Made by a program: the position numbers and the translations under genes
Assembly (NCBI GenBank): GCA_036012755.1
Contig: DASCPX010000198.1
Span: forward strand, 1 to 64,000
Length of the DNA stretch: 64,000 nucleotides
Direction of reading: 5' to 3'
Source: Myxococcota bacterium
GTDB lineage: Bacteria > Myxococcota_A > UBA796 > CAJQPC01
In this document: positions 39,191-48,615 of the stretch, in pieces
Layout: every line of letters starts with the position of its first letter
How positions within the stretch are numbered: position 1 is the first letter of the stretch
The notes under the pieces: generated by a model
What the model was told of the DNA's origin: nothing
Databases searched by the model: none
What the model saw: only the letters and a program-made list of their open reading frames with translations

Positions 39191-39865
39191 ATTCCCAGGC
39201 CCTTCGAGGTCGATCCAGACGTCCTCGCCCGGATCCGGCCGATGCAGTACCGGGACGCTCGCCGCGTGGCGGTGCTCCATCACGCCGCGATGGGCAGCTC
39301 CTTGTGGGCGAAGCTCGGCACACGGTTCCTGCGAGAGCTCTACCGTGGGCTGATCGAGGACGAGCGCTTCCTGGGCTTCGTCTACGAGGAGGACGGCCAG
39401 ATCGAGGGCTTCATCGCTGGCTCTACGGACGCCAGCGAGATGATGGGCGCCGTGTTCAAGAAGCGCCTGGTGCCGCTGGGTGTCTCCGCATCCCTTGGCG
39501 TCGTTCGCAGACCGAGCGTGGTGCTCAAGCTGCTCCAGACGGCCCAGTACTTCGCCGCTTCGGACGACTCTGAGCTCCACATTCCCGCCGAGTCGCTGTT
39601 CTGCAGCTTCACGCCGAAGCTCCGGGGCAAGCGGGTCTCGGGCCACATCAACAAGGTCCTCTTCGACGACCTCGCCGCCCGCGGCCACAGCCACGTCAAG
39701 ATCACGACCGAGATCGACAACGAAGGCGCCAACCGCCAGCTCACGAGCTGGGGCTTCGAGGAGCGCGGGCACTTCACCTTCTACGGAAAGGACATGGTGC
39801 TCTACGCCCTGGATCTGGGGGCTTCAGAGCGCGTGACTCCGCGGTTGTCGCACCCGACGATATAG
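39191..39865 (+). CDS. GNAT-like acyltransferase (start at ATT 39191 or ATG 39242)
   Basis: IRPM, GFIAG, LRGKRVS, DNEGAN..WGF. Confidence 0.75.
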   Translation: MPRPFEVDPDVLARIRPMQYRDARRVAVLHHAAMGSSLWAKLGTRFLRELYRGLIEDERFLGFVYEEDGQIEGFIAGSTDASEMMGAVFKKRLVPLGVSASLGVVRRPSVVLKLLQTAQYFAASDDSELHIPAESLFCSFTPKLRGKRVSGHINKVLFDDLAARGHSHVKITTEIDNEGANRQLTSWGFEERGHFTFYGKDMVLYALDLGASERVTPRLSHPTI

Positions 39866-39866
39866 C

Positions 39867-40179
39867 CGATAGTCCACGATCATCAGCACCAATCTCCACT
39901 ACCGCGAATTGTACGAGTTCCTCGGCCAGAAGGAGATGGTGGGAGCGTTGCTGGACGGCCTGCCCCACCGCTGTACGACCCTTCGCATCGACTGGCTGTC
40001 GTCGAGGACACAGGTGGACCGAACGAAGCCGACCGAGAGAAGACCGCCACGCCGAGGAGGGTGTGGGGGCCTTCTTCGTGCGGGCGTCCGGCGAGATTCG
40101 CGGGTTCGAGTGGTCGTTCCCACCTGGCTCTGCTTCGCCAAGTGTGGCCCGGAGTGGGGAGATCTATCGATCCCTGACC
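39867..40179 (+). mobile_element. istB: IS21-family remnant: IstB C-terminus plus right end
   Basis: STIISTNL..YEFLG.KEMVGALLD.L.HRCTTLRID; terminal GTGGGGAGATCTATCGATCCCTGAC resembles an IS21 right inverted repeat. Confidence 0.7.
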
Positions 40180-40547
40180 GCGAGACGTGCGTTGATCTCC
40201 TTGTAGAACGCTCTTCCGATGATCCAGCCGGTGAACGCCCCGAACCCAACTGCACTGAGCCGTGAGGTCGGGTCCACCCAGGAGACTGACCGAAGGTAGG
40301 TCACGCCGACGCAAAGGACCATGATCAGCACTGCGCCGAGGATCCCCTCAGTGCTGCGAGGAGGAGTATCCTCTTTGTCGAAGAACCCCATCTTCCATCC
40401 AATGCAGCTACCAAGGCTCATCCAACAGACCACACCGGCGAGGTAGACACTCCGCATCGTGTGTTTCACATCCAGGTATTCACCCAACGCCATGGCGCTG
40501 ACCGCGAACATACCCAGAAAACACGTGTATTTGAACCTGTTGGTCAT
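40164..40547 (-). CDS. Hypothetical four-TM protein, lower GC
   Basis: 127-aa ORF with hydrophobic helices; third gene of a tightly spaced cassette. Confidence 0.65.
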   Translation of the reverse strand: MTNRFKYTCFLGMFAVSAMALGEYLDVKHTMRSVYLAGVVCWMSLGSCIGWKMGFFDKEDTPPRSTEGILGAVLIMVLCVGVTYLRSVSWVDPTSRLSAVGFGAFTGWIIGRAFYKEINARLAVRDR

Positions 40548-40555
40548 CCGACTTC

Positions 40556-40951
40556 CTACCAGAGGATAGTGGGCCGGCCGCCGCCGCCGGGGTCTTGGTA
40601 TGGGTTGTCGGCCTCTTCCTTCTCCTCTTCTTCGTCATCCCCGCTGCCGGCACTATCATCATCATCGTCGTCCTCATCCGGATCTGTGCCGGTATCTGGA
40701 TTCTCGATGTTCTGGGCGCCGCTGTACTTGTCGGGGTCTATGGCACCGGTCGCCTCAGGCTCGTCCCCGGCTATCGACCATGCGACCCAGAGCACACCGA
40801 CAGCGGCGGTGGAAATTGCCACGTAGAGCAGCGTATTCGTGCTCTTGAGCACGACCGGGCCGTAGACGGACTCGATAGCAAGGAGTTTGGCCTCGGCCAG
40901 CGCATCTCCTCCCGAGTCGGAGTCGGCGTACTCGCTGTTCGAGAAGGTCAT
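40556..40951 (-). CDS. Hypothetical single-TM protein with an acidic tail
   Basis: 131-aa ORF; TM segment; poly-D/E tract; starts 1 nt after the upstream stop. Confidence 0.6.
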   Translation of the reverse strand: MTFSNSEYADSDSGGDALAEAKLLAIESVYGPVVLKSTNTLLYVAISTAAVGVLWVAWSIAGDEPEATGAIDPDKYSGAQNIENPDTGTDPDEDDDDDDSAGSGDDEEEEKEEADNPYQDPGGGGRPTILW

Positions 40952-40952
40952 G

Positions 40953-41339
40953 TCAGCTCACTCCGGAAACGGTGAGGGACACCTGGCCTCGGTTCATGCC
41001 GGTTCCAGTTGTCGCCTTGTTGCGGGTGCCGGCGCCGAACCGGACCCAGAACTTCGAGCCAAGGGCATTGAACAGGTCCACCCGGCCCGAGCAGTTCGAA
41101 CCTTCTTGGCCCAGATAGGAACCCATGGCCGTCCAGTCATCCGGAGTCTTGGGATCCGTTGTCGCGGTCTGGAAACCTGCCGTCACCTCGAAGTCGGTGG
41201 TGGGGTCGACCAGCGTCAGAAGGGTCTTCGGGTCCCTGATCGAGATCGCCGGAATCCACCGGGTGAAGCTCGTGTAGTTGACGGTCTCAGATCCGCAGAC
41301 GAGTGTCTTGGTCTTCTTGGGCATCAGGATCGTTGACAT
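40953..41339 (-). CDS. Hypothetical beta-rich protein
   Basis: 128-aa ORF with AAGGGAGAGG upstream. Confidence 0.7.
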   Translation of the reverse strand: MSTILMPKKTKTLVCGSETVNYTSFTRWIPAISIRDPKTLLTLVDPTTDFEVTAGFQTATTDPKTPDDWTAMGSYLGQEGSNCSGRVDLFNALGSKFWVRFGAGTRNKATTGTGMNRGQVSLTVSGVS

Positions 41340-41817
41340 TCCTCTCCCTTCACGTTTGTGAGCCTCATGGCTCGCGTTGAATCTACCGGCATCGCTGGAG
41401 GAGCGCCATTACGAACAATTATAGGAGTGATTACCATAGTTAGGGCCCGTGACGAAACAACCGCTTTGATGTTCTGCGCCATGCCACTGGAGTTCGGGCA
41501 TGGCGGCGATGCGGCGGTCCAGCGGGTGTCAAGCGCCACGGAGGGTGGAAGGAGCGACCGTCCGCCTGGCTCGAGCAATATCAAGGACATGCCAAGACGG
41601 TTCCTGTTGGTTTGACAGTTTTCGGACCCTCGAAGTGACCTCATCGGAGACCGCTGCCAGGAGGGGTCTCGACGGCCCTCAGAGACCTCTGGTCAGCCGC
41701 GATCGCGCCTTTCGTCGAGCGAGGTCGTCCGGTGTCGAGAACGGAGCTCCAGGGACACCCTGCGAAGGCCAAAACCCGTGCGGTGATAGGACCTTGCACA
41801 AACAACAGGGGGAACCC

Positions 41818-42630
41818 ATGGTCGCTTGTCCCGATCCCATCCTCGCGCTCCACGAAGAGATCTGCGAGGCCGTCCGAAACCACCGAAACTCCGAACACAG
41901 ACTCGCCCAGCTGTTGGCGACCCTGGAGGACGAGAAGGGCTGGCTGCTGTTTGGTCACGCCAGCCTCTGCGAGTACGCGAGGGTGCGCCACCAGATCGAG
42001 CCGCGCAAGGCCCGGTCACTCGCTCAGCTCGGCCACGCGCTGTCCGATCTCCCGGTCCTCGACGCGGCGATGGCCGAGGGGACCCTGCCGTGGACCAAGG
42101 CCCGGGAGCTCTTGCGCGTGGTCGTTCCCGAGACCCAGCAGACCTGGTTGGAGCGCGCCCAGAAGTGCCCGAGTCGGGACCTCGGGGCGCTGGTCGGCGC
42201 GGAGGCCTCGGAGACCATCTGCGAGGAGGCCTGCTGCGACGCGGAGGTGGTCGACCTGCGGCCAGGCCCCGAGCAGGGTCACCTCAGCCGCACCGTCGCT
42301 CCGGCCACTCGCCGCGCGGTGGTCCACCGGGACAGGCGGACCTGCCGGGTGCCGGGTTGCAACAACCGACTCTACGGGGCGGTCCACCACATCGTCTCCA
42401 GGCTTCGCGGCGGCGGGCACGGCACCGGGAACCTCGTGCTGCTCTGCACCTGCCACCACCGACAACTCCACGAGGGTCGGCTCGCCATCGAGGGTGACGC
42501 AGACGGGGTCCTTCGCATCGAACACCCCGACGGTCGCGTGGCCCACGTGGGCAGGGGCGGAGAGGTCGAAGAAGGTCGGCTGGGTGCTCTGGAACGAGGG
42601 CCGCGGAGCGTCTACCCGCCGCCCGAGTAG
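41818..42630 (+). CDS. DUF222-like/HNH endonuclease, probably internally shortened
   Basis: GTLPWTKAREL; RDRRTCRVPGC..HHI..GG....NLVLLCTCHHRQLH. Confidence 0.8.
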   Translation: MVACPDPILALHEEICEAVRNHRNSEHRLAQLLATLEDEKGWLLFGHASLCEYARVRHQIEPRKARSLAQLGHALSDLPVLDAAMAEGTLPWTKARELLRVVVPETQQTWLERAQKCPSRDLGALVGAEASETICEEACCDAEVVDLRPGPEQGHLSRTVAPATRRAVVHRDRRTCRVPGCNNRLYGAVHHIVSRLRGGGHGTGNLVLLCTCHHRQLHEGRLAIEGDADGVLRIEHPDGRVAHVGRGGEVEEGRLGALERGPRSVYPPPE

Positions 42631-42845
42631 ATGTAGACGGCGCCTGGCCCCTTGTCGTTGGTCGAGGTGTCGAACTCGAAGCCCGGGGAGCCGATGGCGA
42701 TGTCGAGCACACCGTCACCGGTGAGGTCGTCGCCGCCATGCACGGTCCAGCCAAAGAGGCTGCCGGGGTGCTCGCAGCCGTCGGTCTCGCAGGAGGAGAA
42801 GGGCTCGACCTCGAGACGTGGGAGCTCAGTGCCCTGGTAGGTCAC
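42612..42845 (-). pseudogene. C-terminal remnant of an FG-GAP repeat protein
   Basis: FGW..DLTGDGVLDIAIGSPG..GAVYIY, with no signal peptide and no other repeats. Confidence 0.65.
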
Positions 42846-42945
42846 GGAGCGCTTGCGCCGAGGATCAAGAGGAATCCGCGGACGATCGGCGGGTCTCGGC
42901 CCAGGAGACAGGGCACCAGACCAGCCTCGTACCCCGCTCAGCCTG

Positions 42946-44154
42946 CTACAGCGGCTCCACGATCTGATAGGCGAAGACAGCGTAGTCCTCGCCCAGGGCG
43001 GAGGGTGTCATCGACCCGGTGGAGTCGACCAGGGCGACCCGGAAGCCCCCGTGGGCCGTGTCCACGCTGGCCCAGGAGCCGTAGCCGTAGGTGCCCGCGC
43101 TGGTCGTGACCATCTGGGTCTCGGTGCAGGCGGTCGGGGCGTCGCCGGGACCCCAGACATCGACGAGCACGACGTCCAGCGGCATCGCGGCGAGTCCGTA
43201 GGGGGCCACGAAGACCAGGCTGTCCTCTCCGACGTTGTCGTTGAAGACGCAGTGGGCGTAGACCGACTCCTCCTCGACCCAGGACCAGGTCATCAGCCGC
43301 CTGACGCCAAGGGACTCGCTGGCCAGCGTGAAGGCCCCGACGCCCTGGTGCTCGTCCACGCTGGTCTCGACCCTCAGGTCCTCGAGGTGGAGCACCCCCC
43401 CGCGCAGGTACAGCGGGTAGCTCGTGCTGCAGTCCCGGCCGAGGTCCTCGCAGTAGGAGGCCTCGTCGCCCGTGTAGATCGCCAGGCCCGTGGCGCCCTT
43501 CGAGAGATCGATGCGGATGTTGTCGCCGGCGTTGGCGCTGCCGTCGATGCGGATGGCCTGGTGGGAACCGTGTGGCTCGAGGTGGATGCCGCTGGGCGCG
43601 ATGAGCTGGCCGTAGTCGGTGACCGTGGAGAGCTGGCCGAAGGAGACCAGGTACATGCCCGAGGTGTGGGTGTGGTAGCGGCGGATCGCGGCGTTGCGGA
43701 GGCCGTCGGCAGACCAGTCGTTGTCGGTGATGCGAGGCCCGTTGACGTACATCTTGATGCCGCCGGTGGCGTTGCAGTCGGCGAAGGCGAAGCCCTCTTC
43801 GCACTCGGTGGTCTCGTGGTAGAGCTCGATGAGCTCGGTCGCCGGGAACTCCCCGGGCGGGTCGTTGCGGTTGTCGCCCACCCACTCGCTGTCGTTGAAC
43901 CACCAGTAGCCGTTGTCGGTGCTGCTCCAGAGAGACTGGATGTTGGGCTCGTCGTTCGCCCAGGGGTCCTCGTTCTGCACCGCAGCGACTGCCTCGGCGT
44001 CCTCGTAACGCTCGTGGCCCTCCACGCTCCCGAGCTCTTCCTGCAGCGCGGCCACCTCCTCGCGCAGGTCTTCGAGCTCGACCTGGAGGGCCTCGATGTC
44101 CTCTGGAGTGGCAGCGGGCGTGGGTTCGTCGGTGCAGGCGAGCAGGAGCCACAT
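42946..44154 (-). CDS. Hypothetical lipoprotein: coiled coil followed by a beta-rich region
   Basis: MWLLLAC; IEALQVELEDLREEVAALQEEL; TATGGT 6 nt before ATG. Confidence 0.8.
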   Translation of the reverse strand: MWLLLACTDEPTPAATPEDIEALQVELEDLREEVAALQEELGSVEGHERYEDAEAVAAVQNEDPWANDEPNIQSLWSSTDNGYWWFNDSEWVGDNRNDPPGEFPATELIELYHETTECEEGFAFADCNATGGIKMYVNGPRITDNDWSADGLRNAAIRRYHTHTSGMYLVSFGQLSTVTDYGQLIAPSGIHLEPHGSHQAIRIDGSANAGDNIRIDLSKGATGLAIYTGDEASYCEDLGRDCSTSYPLYLRGGVLHLEDLRVETSVDEHQGVGAFTLASESLGVRRLMTWSWVEEESVYAHCVFNDNVGEDSLVFVAPYGLAAMPLDVVLVDVWGPGDAPTACTETQMVTTSAGTYGYGSWASVDTAHGGFRVALVDSTGSMTPSALGEDYAVFAYQIVEPL

Positions 44155-44174
44155 GGCCCCACCATACAGCGCCC

Positions 44175-45048
44175 CTAGACGGCGAGGTCCACGCTGTGTT
44201 CGGACAGGGGCAGGCCCCCGATGAGGCCGTGGGCGAGCAGCAGCTGGCGGAAGGCCTCTGGGGAGTCTGCGCGGCGGCCGCCGGGTGGGGGTGGCACCTT
44301 CTTCGCGCGGTTCAGGGCGAGGTTCGCGGCTCGGATCTGCGAGGCGAGAGCTGCCAGGATCGACTCCTTCCAGAGGGTGCCCGAGTCCCCCCGTGGGCTC
44401 CGGAAGGCCTTGCTCGAGATGCGGTATGCCCAGGTCGGGCCCCCGGCGACGCAGCTGGCGGAGCGCGTGCCGGGCTCGATCAGGGTGTTGATGCCGAAGG
44501 TGTCCCCAGCGAGCAGGACCGCGAGCCGCTGGGCCTTGTCCCCCCGCACGTTGCGGATGACCTCGATCTCGCCATCGGCGACCAGGTAGGCGCTGTCTCC
44601 TCGCTCTCCTTCGAGGAACACGACCTCGCCCTCCTGGTGGGCGACGGGCTCCCATCCCGCGGCGATCTTCTCCAGCTGGTGGTCTTCGAGGAGCTTCAGC
44701 CCCGGCTGCTTCTTCAGCAAGGGGATGAGCGGTGGGCAGGCGCCCCTTGGCTTTCCGGGCACCAGCTTGCGCCACATCTTCTGGGTGAAGCTAGCCTCTC
44801 GCTTGGGGCGATCGAGGGCCCCAGCGCCGACCTTGGCGATGCTGAGGTCCACGCTCCGGATGCGGCGAGACAGGGTCAACAGGGCCTGCTCGAGCAGCGC
44901 CTTGTAGACGGGGTTGCGTTCTACGCGCAGCTTCTTGAGCCCCTCCACGGGCAGCGAAACGGTCTTCGCGAAGAACTTGGCCTTCACCGTCGCCGTCCGG
45001 TGAGAGCCACGGGACCTGGCACAACAGCTCGGTGATCTCAGTGGACAT
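44175..45048 (-). pseudogene. Tandem cyclic-nucleotide-binding domain protein; first domain deleted and frameshifted
   Basis: MSTEITELLCQVPWL joins out of frame to RTATVKA. The second domain is intact (VFLEGERGD, GDTFG, RSASCVA). Confidence 0.75.
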
Positions 45049-45069
45049 GAGCGAACTCTAAAGCAAACC

Positions 45070-46779
45070 GTGATCGGGGCCGAAGAGCGTCCGATGGCAC
45101 TGCCGACCGGTCTCAGACCCCGCAGCAAGAGCGAGCGCCTGGCGCTGGCCAAGGTCCTGCGGGGCAACGCGTCCCGGGTGGAGGTCCATCCCAACGACGA
45201 CGGGTGGCAGGCTCTCCACGTTCGGATCGCGGGCAAGGTCCCTGTCTGGACCGGTGGCGATCCGGCGCGTGCGAACGCGCTCCTGTCGCGCTTCGGCTTC
45301 CCGCCGGTCGGAAACGAGCAGGTGCTGTCGGCCGCCGAGGGGCCTCTGGTCAGCATCGTCATCTGCACCTACAACCGCTACGGCATGCTCACAGAGGCCA
45401 TCGCCTCGGCCCTGATGCAGTCCTGGCCCTGCGAGGTCATCGTCGTCGACGACGGCAGCACCGACGGGACCTGGGAGCTGCTCCAGTGCGTCCACGGGAT
45501 TCGGTGCGTGCGCCTGCCCGAGAACAGGGGAAAGCCCACCGCACTCGACGCGGGAGTGGCCATCGCCAACGGGAAGTACCTCCTGGTCTTCGACGATGAC
45601 GACCTGCTCTTGCCGGGCTCGGTCCAGGTCCTGGCCACGGCGCTGCAAGAGAACCCATCGCTGGTCGGAGTCTTCGGCGACGCCCTGCGCTTTCGGAGCG
45701 GCGACGTCTTCGAGTGGCGGGCCGCCAGCAGGCTGCCCTCCGATGTCCTCGGGCGCAGCCTGTTGAACCAGGTCCCGGGGCTCACCGGCGCCTTCCTCTG
45801 CCGAACCGAGGCATGGCGACAGGCCGGACGCGTCGATCCACGCCTCGTCCGCGGCGAGGACATGGACATGTGGCTGCGGCTCTCTCAAGTCGGCGAGCTC
45901 GCCAGCCTGCCGCTGGCGACCTTCGTCCACCGGGTCCACGACGGCATGCGCGGCTCCTCCTCCGCTCGCTGGAAGGTCTCTGACGTCCAGACCCACATCT
46001 CCCAGACCCTGGGCTACATCGCCCCCGTGTTCGCCGAGCGCTGGCGCCAGTTCTCGCCCCAGGCCAGCCGCGCCGAGGGCCACGCATGGGCGCTCGGTCT
46101 CTGGCAGCGAGGACTCCGCGACGAGGCCCGCCGCGAGCTCTCGCGCTGGAAGGGACCGCACGCCGTCGACGAGCGTTGGGTCCGCGAGCAGTGTGGTCTG
46201 CCGAGCACCGTCCAGGCCACCCGCGGAGCGGTCGTCGTGGTCGACGAGGGAGACCCCGGAGCGCTCCCGCTGTGCCTCTCGAAGCAGGACCCGACCTTCG
46301 AGCGCCTCGTCGCCCTCGAAGTCCCCTGCGATCCGATCGGAGAGGTCCAGCTCCACTGGCCGGGCACCTACGCCCGGAACGTCGATCTCTGTTCGTTGCT
46401 GAGCGAGCACCCCGGTCCATGGCATCTCAGGCTGGCCAGCGCTCCCGACTGGTCGCCGCCCCCGCTGGAGCACATCTGTTGGCTGCCGCCCTTGGCGCCG
46501 ATGGACGCGGTGCTCGCGTGCGCCGCTGCGCTCGGATGGCCGCAACCTGCCAGGCTACGCCTGGGTCTCCGCACCGAGATCGACCCCCGCGCTCGCGCCG
46601 CGATCGCAGCCCGCAGTTTCTTGGATGCCGGCGACGCCGGGCGCGCTCTGCACCTCGTCTCGCGGCTCCTCGAAGCCTTGCCGAGCTGGGAGGGTGGCTG
46701 GTCGCTGGCCGCCGAGTGCTTCGATGCCGTCGGCGCCTCCGCCGAAGCGCAGTCCTGCAGGGCCCGCCTGACCGGCTGA
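45070..46779 (+). CDS. GT2 family glycosyltransferase with N- and C-terminal extensions
   Basis: VSIVICTYN, VVDDGSTD, ENRGK, FDDDD, GEDMDMWLR. Confidence 0.9.
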   Translation: MIGAEERPMALPTGLRPRSKSERLALAKVLRGNASRVEVHPNDDGWQALHVRIAGKVPVWTGGDPARANALLSRFGFPPVGNEQVLSAAEGPLVSIVICTYNRYGMLTEAIASALMQSWPCEVIVVDDGSTDGTWELLQCVHGIRCVRLPENRGKPTALDAGVAIANGKYLLVFDDDDLLLPGSVQVLATALQENPSLVGVFGDALRFRSGDVFEWRAASRLPSDVLGRSLLNQVPGLTGAFLCRTEAWRQAGRVDPRLVRGEDMDMWLRLSQVGELASLPLATFVHRVHDGMRGSSSARWKVSDVQTHISQTLGYIAPVFAERWRQFSPQASRAEGHAWALGLWQRGLRDEARRELSRWKGPHAVDERWVREQCGLPSTVQATRGAVVVVDEGDPGALPLCLSKQDPTFERLVALEVPCDPIGEVQLHWPGTYARNVDLCSLLSEHPGPWHLRLASAPDWSPPPLEHICWLPPLAPMDAVLACAAALGWPQPARLRLGLRTEIDPRARAAIAARSFLDAGDAGRALHLVSRLLEALPSWEGGWSLAAECFDAVGASAEAQSCRARLTG

Positions 46780-46837
46780 AAGGATAGGGACCTCCGTCGC
46801 GTATTGTTCGCGTCCGTCAGGGAGGTTCTTCTTGGAG

Positions 46838-47785
46838 ATGCGTCACGCCTTCGATCCCGGTCGCGCGGTCCGCCACGGCTGGGAAGCGATGAAACTGGCT
46901 CCGGCGCCGCTGTTCGTCGGGGCGCTGATCATGAACTTCACCCAGGGCGGAGGCGGGAGCTTCAACAACGTCGGGAACTTCGGCGACCAGGGCGGGAACG
47001 ACTGGGACAACGGGGGCTACGACTACGACTGGGGCAGCGACTGGGACTACCGCATCGACTCGGCGCTCAGCGCCAGCAGCGGCATGCTCCAGAACTTCAC
47101 GGGCTCCTCCGACTTCGACGATCCGGCGCTGATCGTGGGCATGCTCATCGGAGCCGTGTGCTTCTTCATCATCATCGTCGCCTTCTTTGTCGGCGGTTGC
47201 TGGGTGAAGGTCGGCTGGATCCGCCTCCACGAGCAGGTGATCACCGACGGCGCGGGCACCTTCGGCACGCTCTTCGGGGGCAAGGACCGCATCATCGACA
47301 TGGTGCTGTTCTCGTTGCTCAAGTTCTGCATCGTGATGGCGACCATGCTCGTCGCCTTCTTTCCGGGGGGCCTCGTCCTTGGCGTCGGCATCGGCCTCGA
47401 GGAGGAGGCGCTGATGCTCATCGGTGGCCTCCTGATGTTCTTCATCGGCCTGCCGGTCATGTGGTACGTGGGCTACGGCCTCTACCTGGGCGACCACGCC
47501 CTGGTGCTGGAAGGTCGCTCTCCCATGGACGCCCTCGACCGCACCTGGACCCTGGCAAAGGGCAACCGCCTCCGCCTCTTCCTCTTCAACTTCGTGCTCC
47601 AGTTGGTCGCCGTCTGCGCCACGCTCGTCGGCTTGTGCCTCTGCATCGTCGGCGTCATCGCGACGGCCCCCACGGCTCGCGCGGTCATCGACGTCGGCCT
47701 CACCGAGTCCTTCCTGATGCACACCCGCGGCGAGGAGCAGGCCAAGACCTGGAAGCTCGTCGAGATCGGCGGGGGTCTCTACTGA
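46838..47785 (+). CDS. Hypothetical integral membrane protein (DUF975-like)
   Basis: Several TM segments; ALDRTWTLAKGN..LFL; GLCLCIVG. Confidence 0.75.
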   Translation: MRHAFDPGRAVRHGWEAMKLAPAPLFVGALIMNFTQGGGGSFNNVGNFGDQGGNDWDNGGYDYDWGSDWDYRIDSALSASSGMLQNFTGSSDFDDPALIVGMLIGAVCFFIIIVAFFVGGCWVKVGWIRLHEQVITDGAGTFGTLFGGKDRIIDMVLFSLLKFCIVMATMLVAFFPGGLVLGVGIGLEEEALMLIGGLLMFFIGLPVMWYVGYGLYLGDHALVLEGRSPMDALDRTWTLAKGNRLRLFLFNFVLQLVAVCATLVGLCLCIVGVIATAPTARAVIDVGLTESFLMHTRGEEQAKTWKLVEIGGGLY

Positions 47786-48615
47786 CCGGCCATCCAGGTC
47801 CAGGTCGGTAGGAAGTCCCGGATCAGGGCCTCGCCGAAGAAGAGGTAGACGACGCCGGTGATGGCGAGGAAGGGACCGAAGGGGACCTGGGTCTTGAGGC
47901 CCGAGCCTCGCTTGAGCATGAGCAGCAGGCCGATGACGCTGCCGATGATGCAGGCACCGATCAGGATGAAGGGGACCGCCGGGATGGCGCCGAGGAAGGC
48001 CCCCATCATCGCCAGCAGCTTCACGTCGCCGAAGCCCATGGCCTCGACCCGCCGCACGAGCCACCAGGCGCCGATGGTGACGAGGAGGACGCCCCCGCCT
48101 GCCAGGGCCCCGACCAGCGAGGCCTGCCAGGTGATGGCGTGCTGGCCGTCGTAGCCCAGCCACTGGAGCCCGACGACGCCTAGGAAGCCGAAGGGGATCG
48201 CGAAGATCGTGAACTGGTCCGGGATGATGTAGTGGCGAAGGTCGATGTACGTGGACCCGACCAGCATGAACACGAAGACCAGGTAGAAGGCCCAGGCTGC
48301 CAGCGCCGGCAAGCTGTAGACAGGCACGATCTCCCGGAACAGCAAGAGCGCGAGCAGGCCCATCAGGACCTCGATGATCGGGTACAGCGGCGAGATGCGG
48401 GACCCACAGCCGCTGCAGCGGGCGCGCAGGAAGACCCACGAGAGCACCGGGATGTTCTCGTACCAGCGAATGCGGTGACCGCAGGCGGGGCAGTGGCTGG
48501 GAGGCCGGGACACCGAGCGGTCCTCTGGCATGCGGGCGATGCAGACGTTCAGGAAGCTGCCCAGAGCCAGCCCGACGACCGTCGCCCAGACCTGGAGGAT
48601 GACCTCGAGCGTCAA
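47779..48615 (-). CDS. pilD: Prepilin peptidase/N-methyltransferase
   Basis: GSFLNVCI.RMP, SHCPAC, RARCSGC, IDL..IIPD, MGFGDVKL, PFGPFL. Confidence 0.95.
   Translation of the reverse strand: MTLEVILQVWATVVGLALGSFLNVCIARMPEDRSVSRPPSHCPACGHRIRWYENIPVLSWVFLRARCSGCGSRISPLYPIIEVLMGLLALLLFREIVPVYSLPALAAWAFYLVFVFMLVGSTYIDLRHYIIPDQFTIFAIPFGFLGVVGLQWLGYDGQHAITWQASLVGALAGGGVLLVTIGAWWLVRRVEAMGFGDVKLLAMMGAFLGAIPAVPFILIGACIIGSVIGLLLMLKRGSGLKTQVPFGPFLAITGVVYLFFGEALIRDFLPTWTWMAGQ

Noticed and set aside
39867..40179. Active IS21 element
   Set aside because: istA and most of istB are absent, the remnant has a stop and substitutions in conserved motifs, and I found no left end.
41358..41817. ORFs 41358-41615 and 41324-41644, and the 41500 extension of the HNH gene
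   Set aside because: They show no coding-like bias or motifs and are more likely an AT-richer divergent promoter region. The HNH gene fits ATG 41818.
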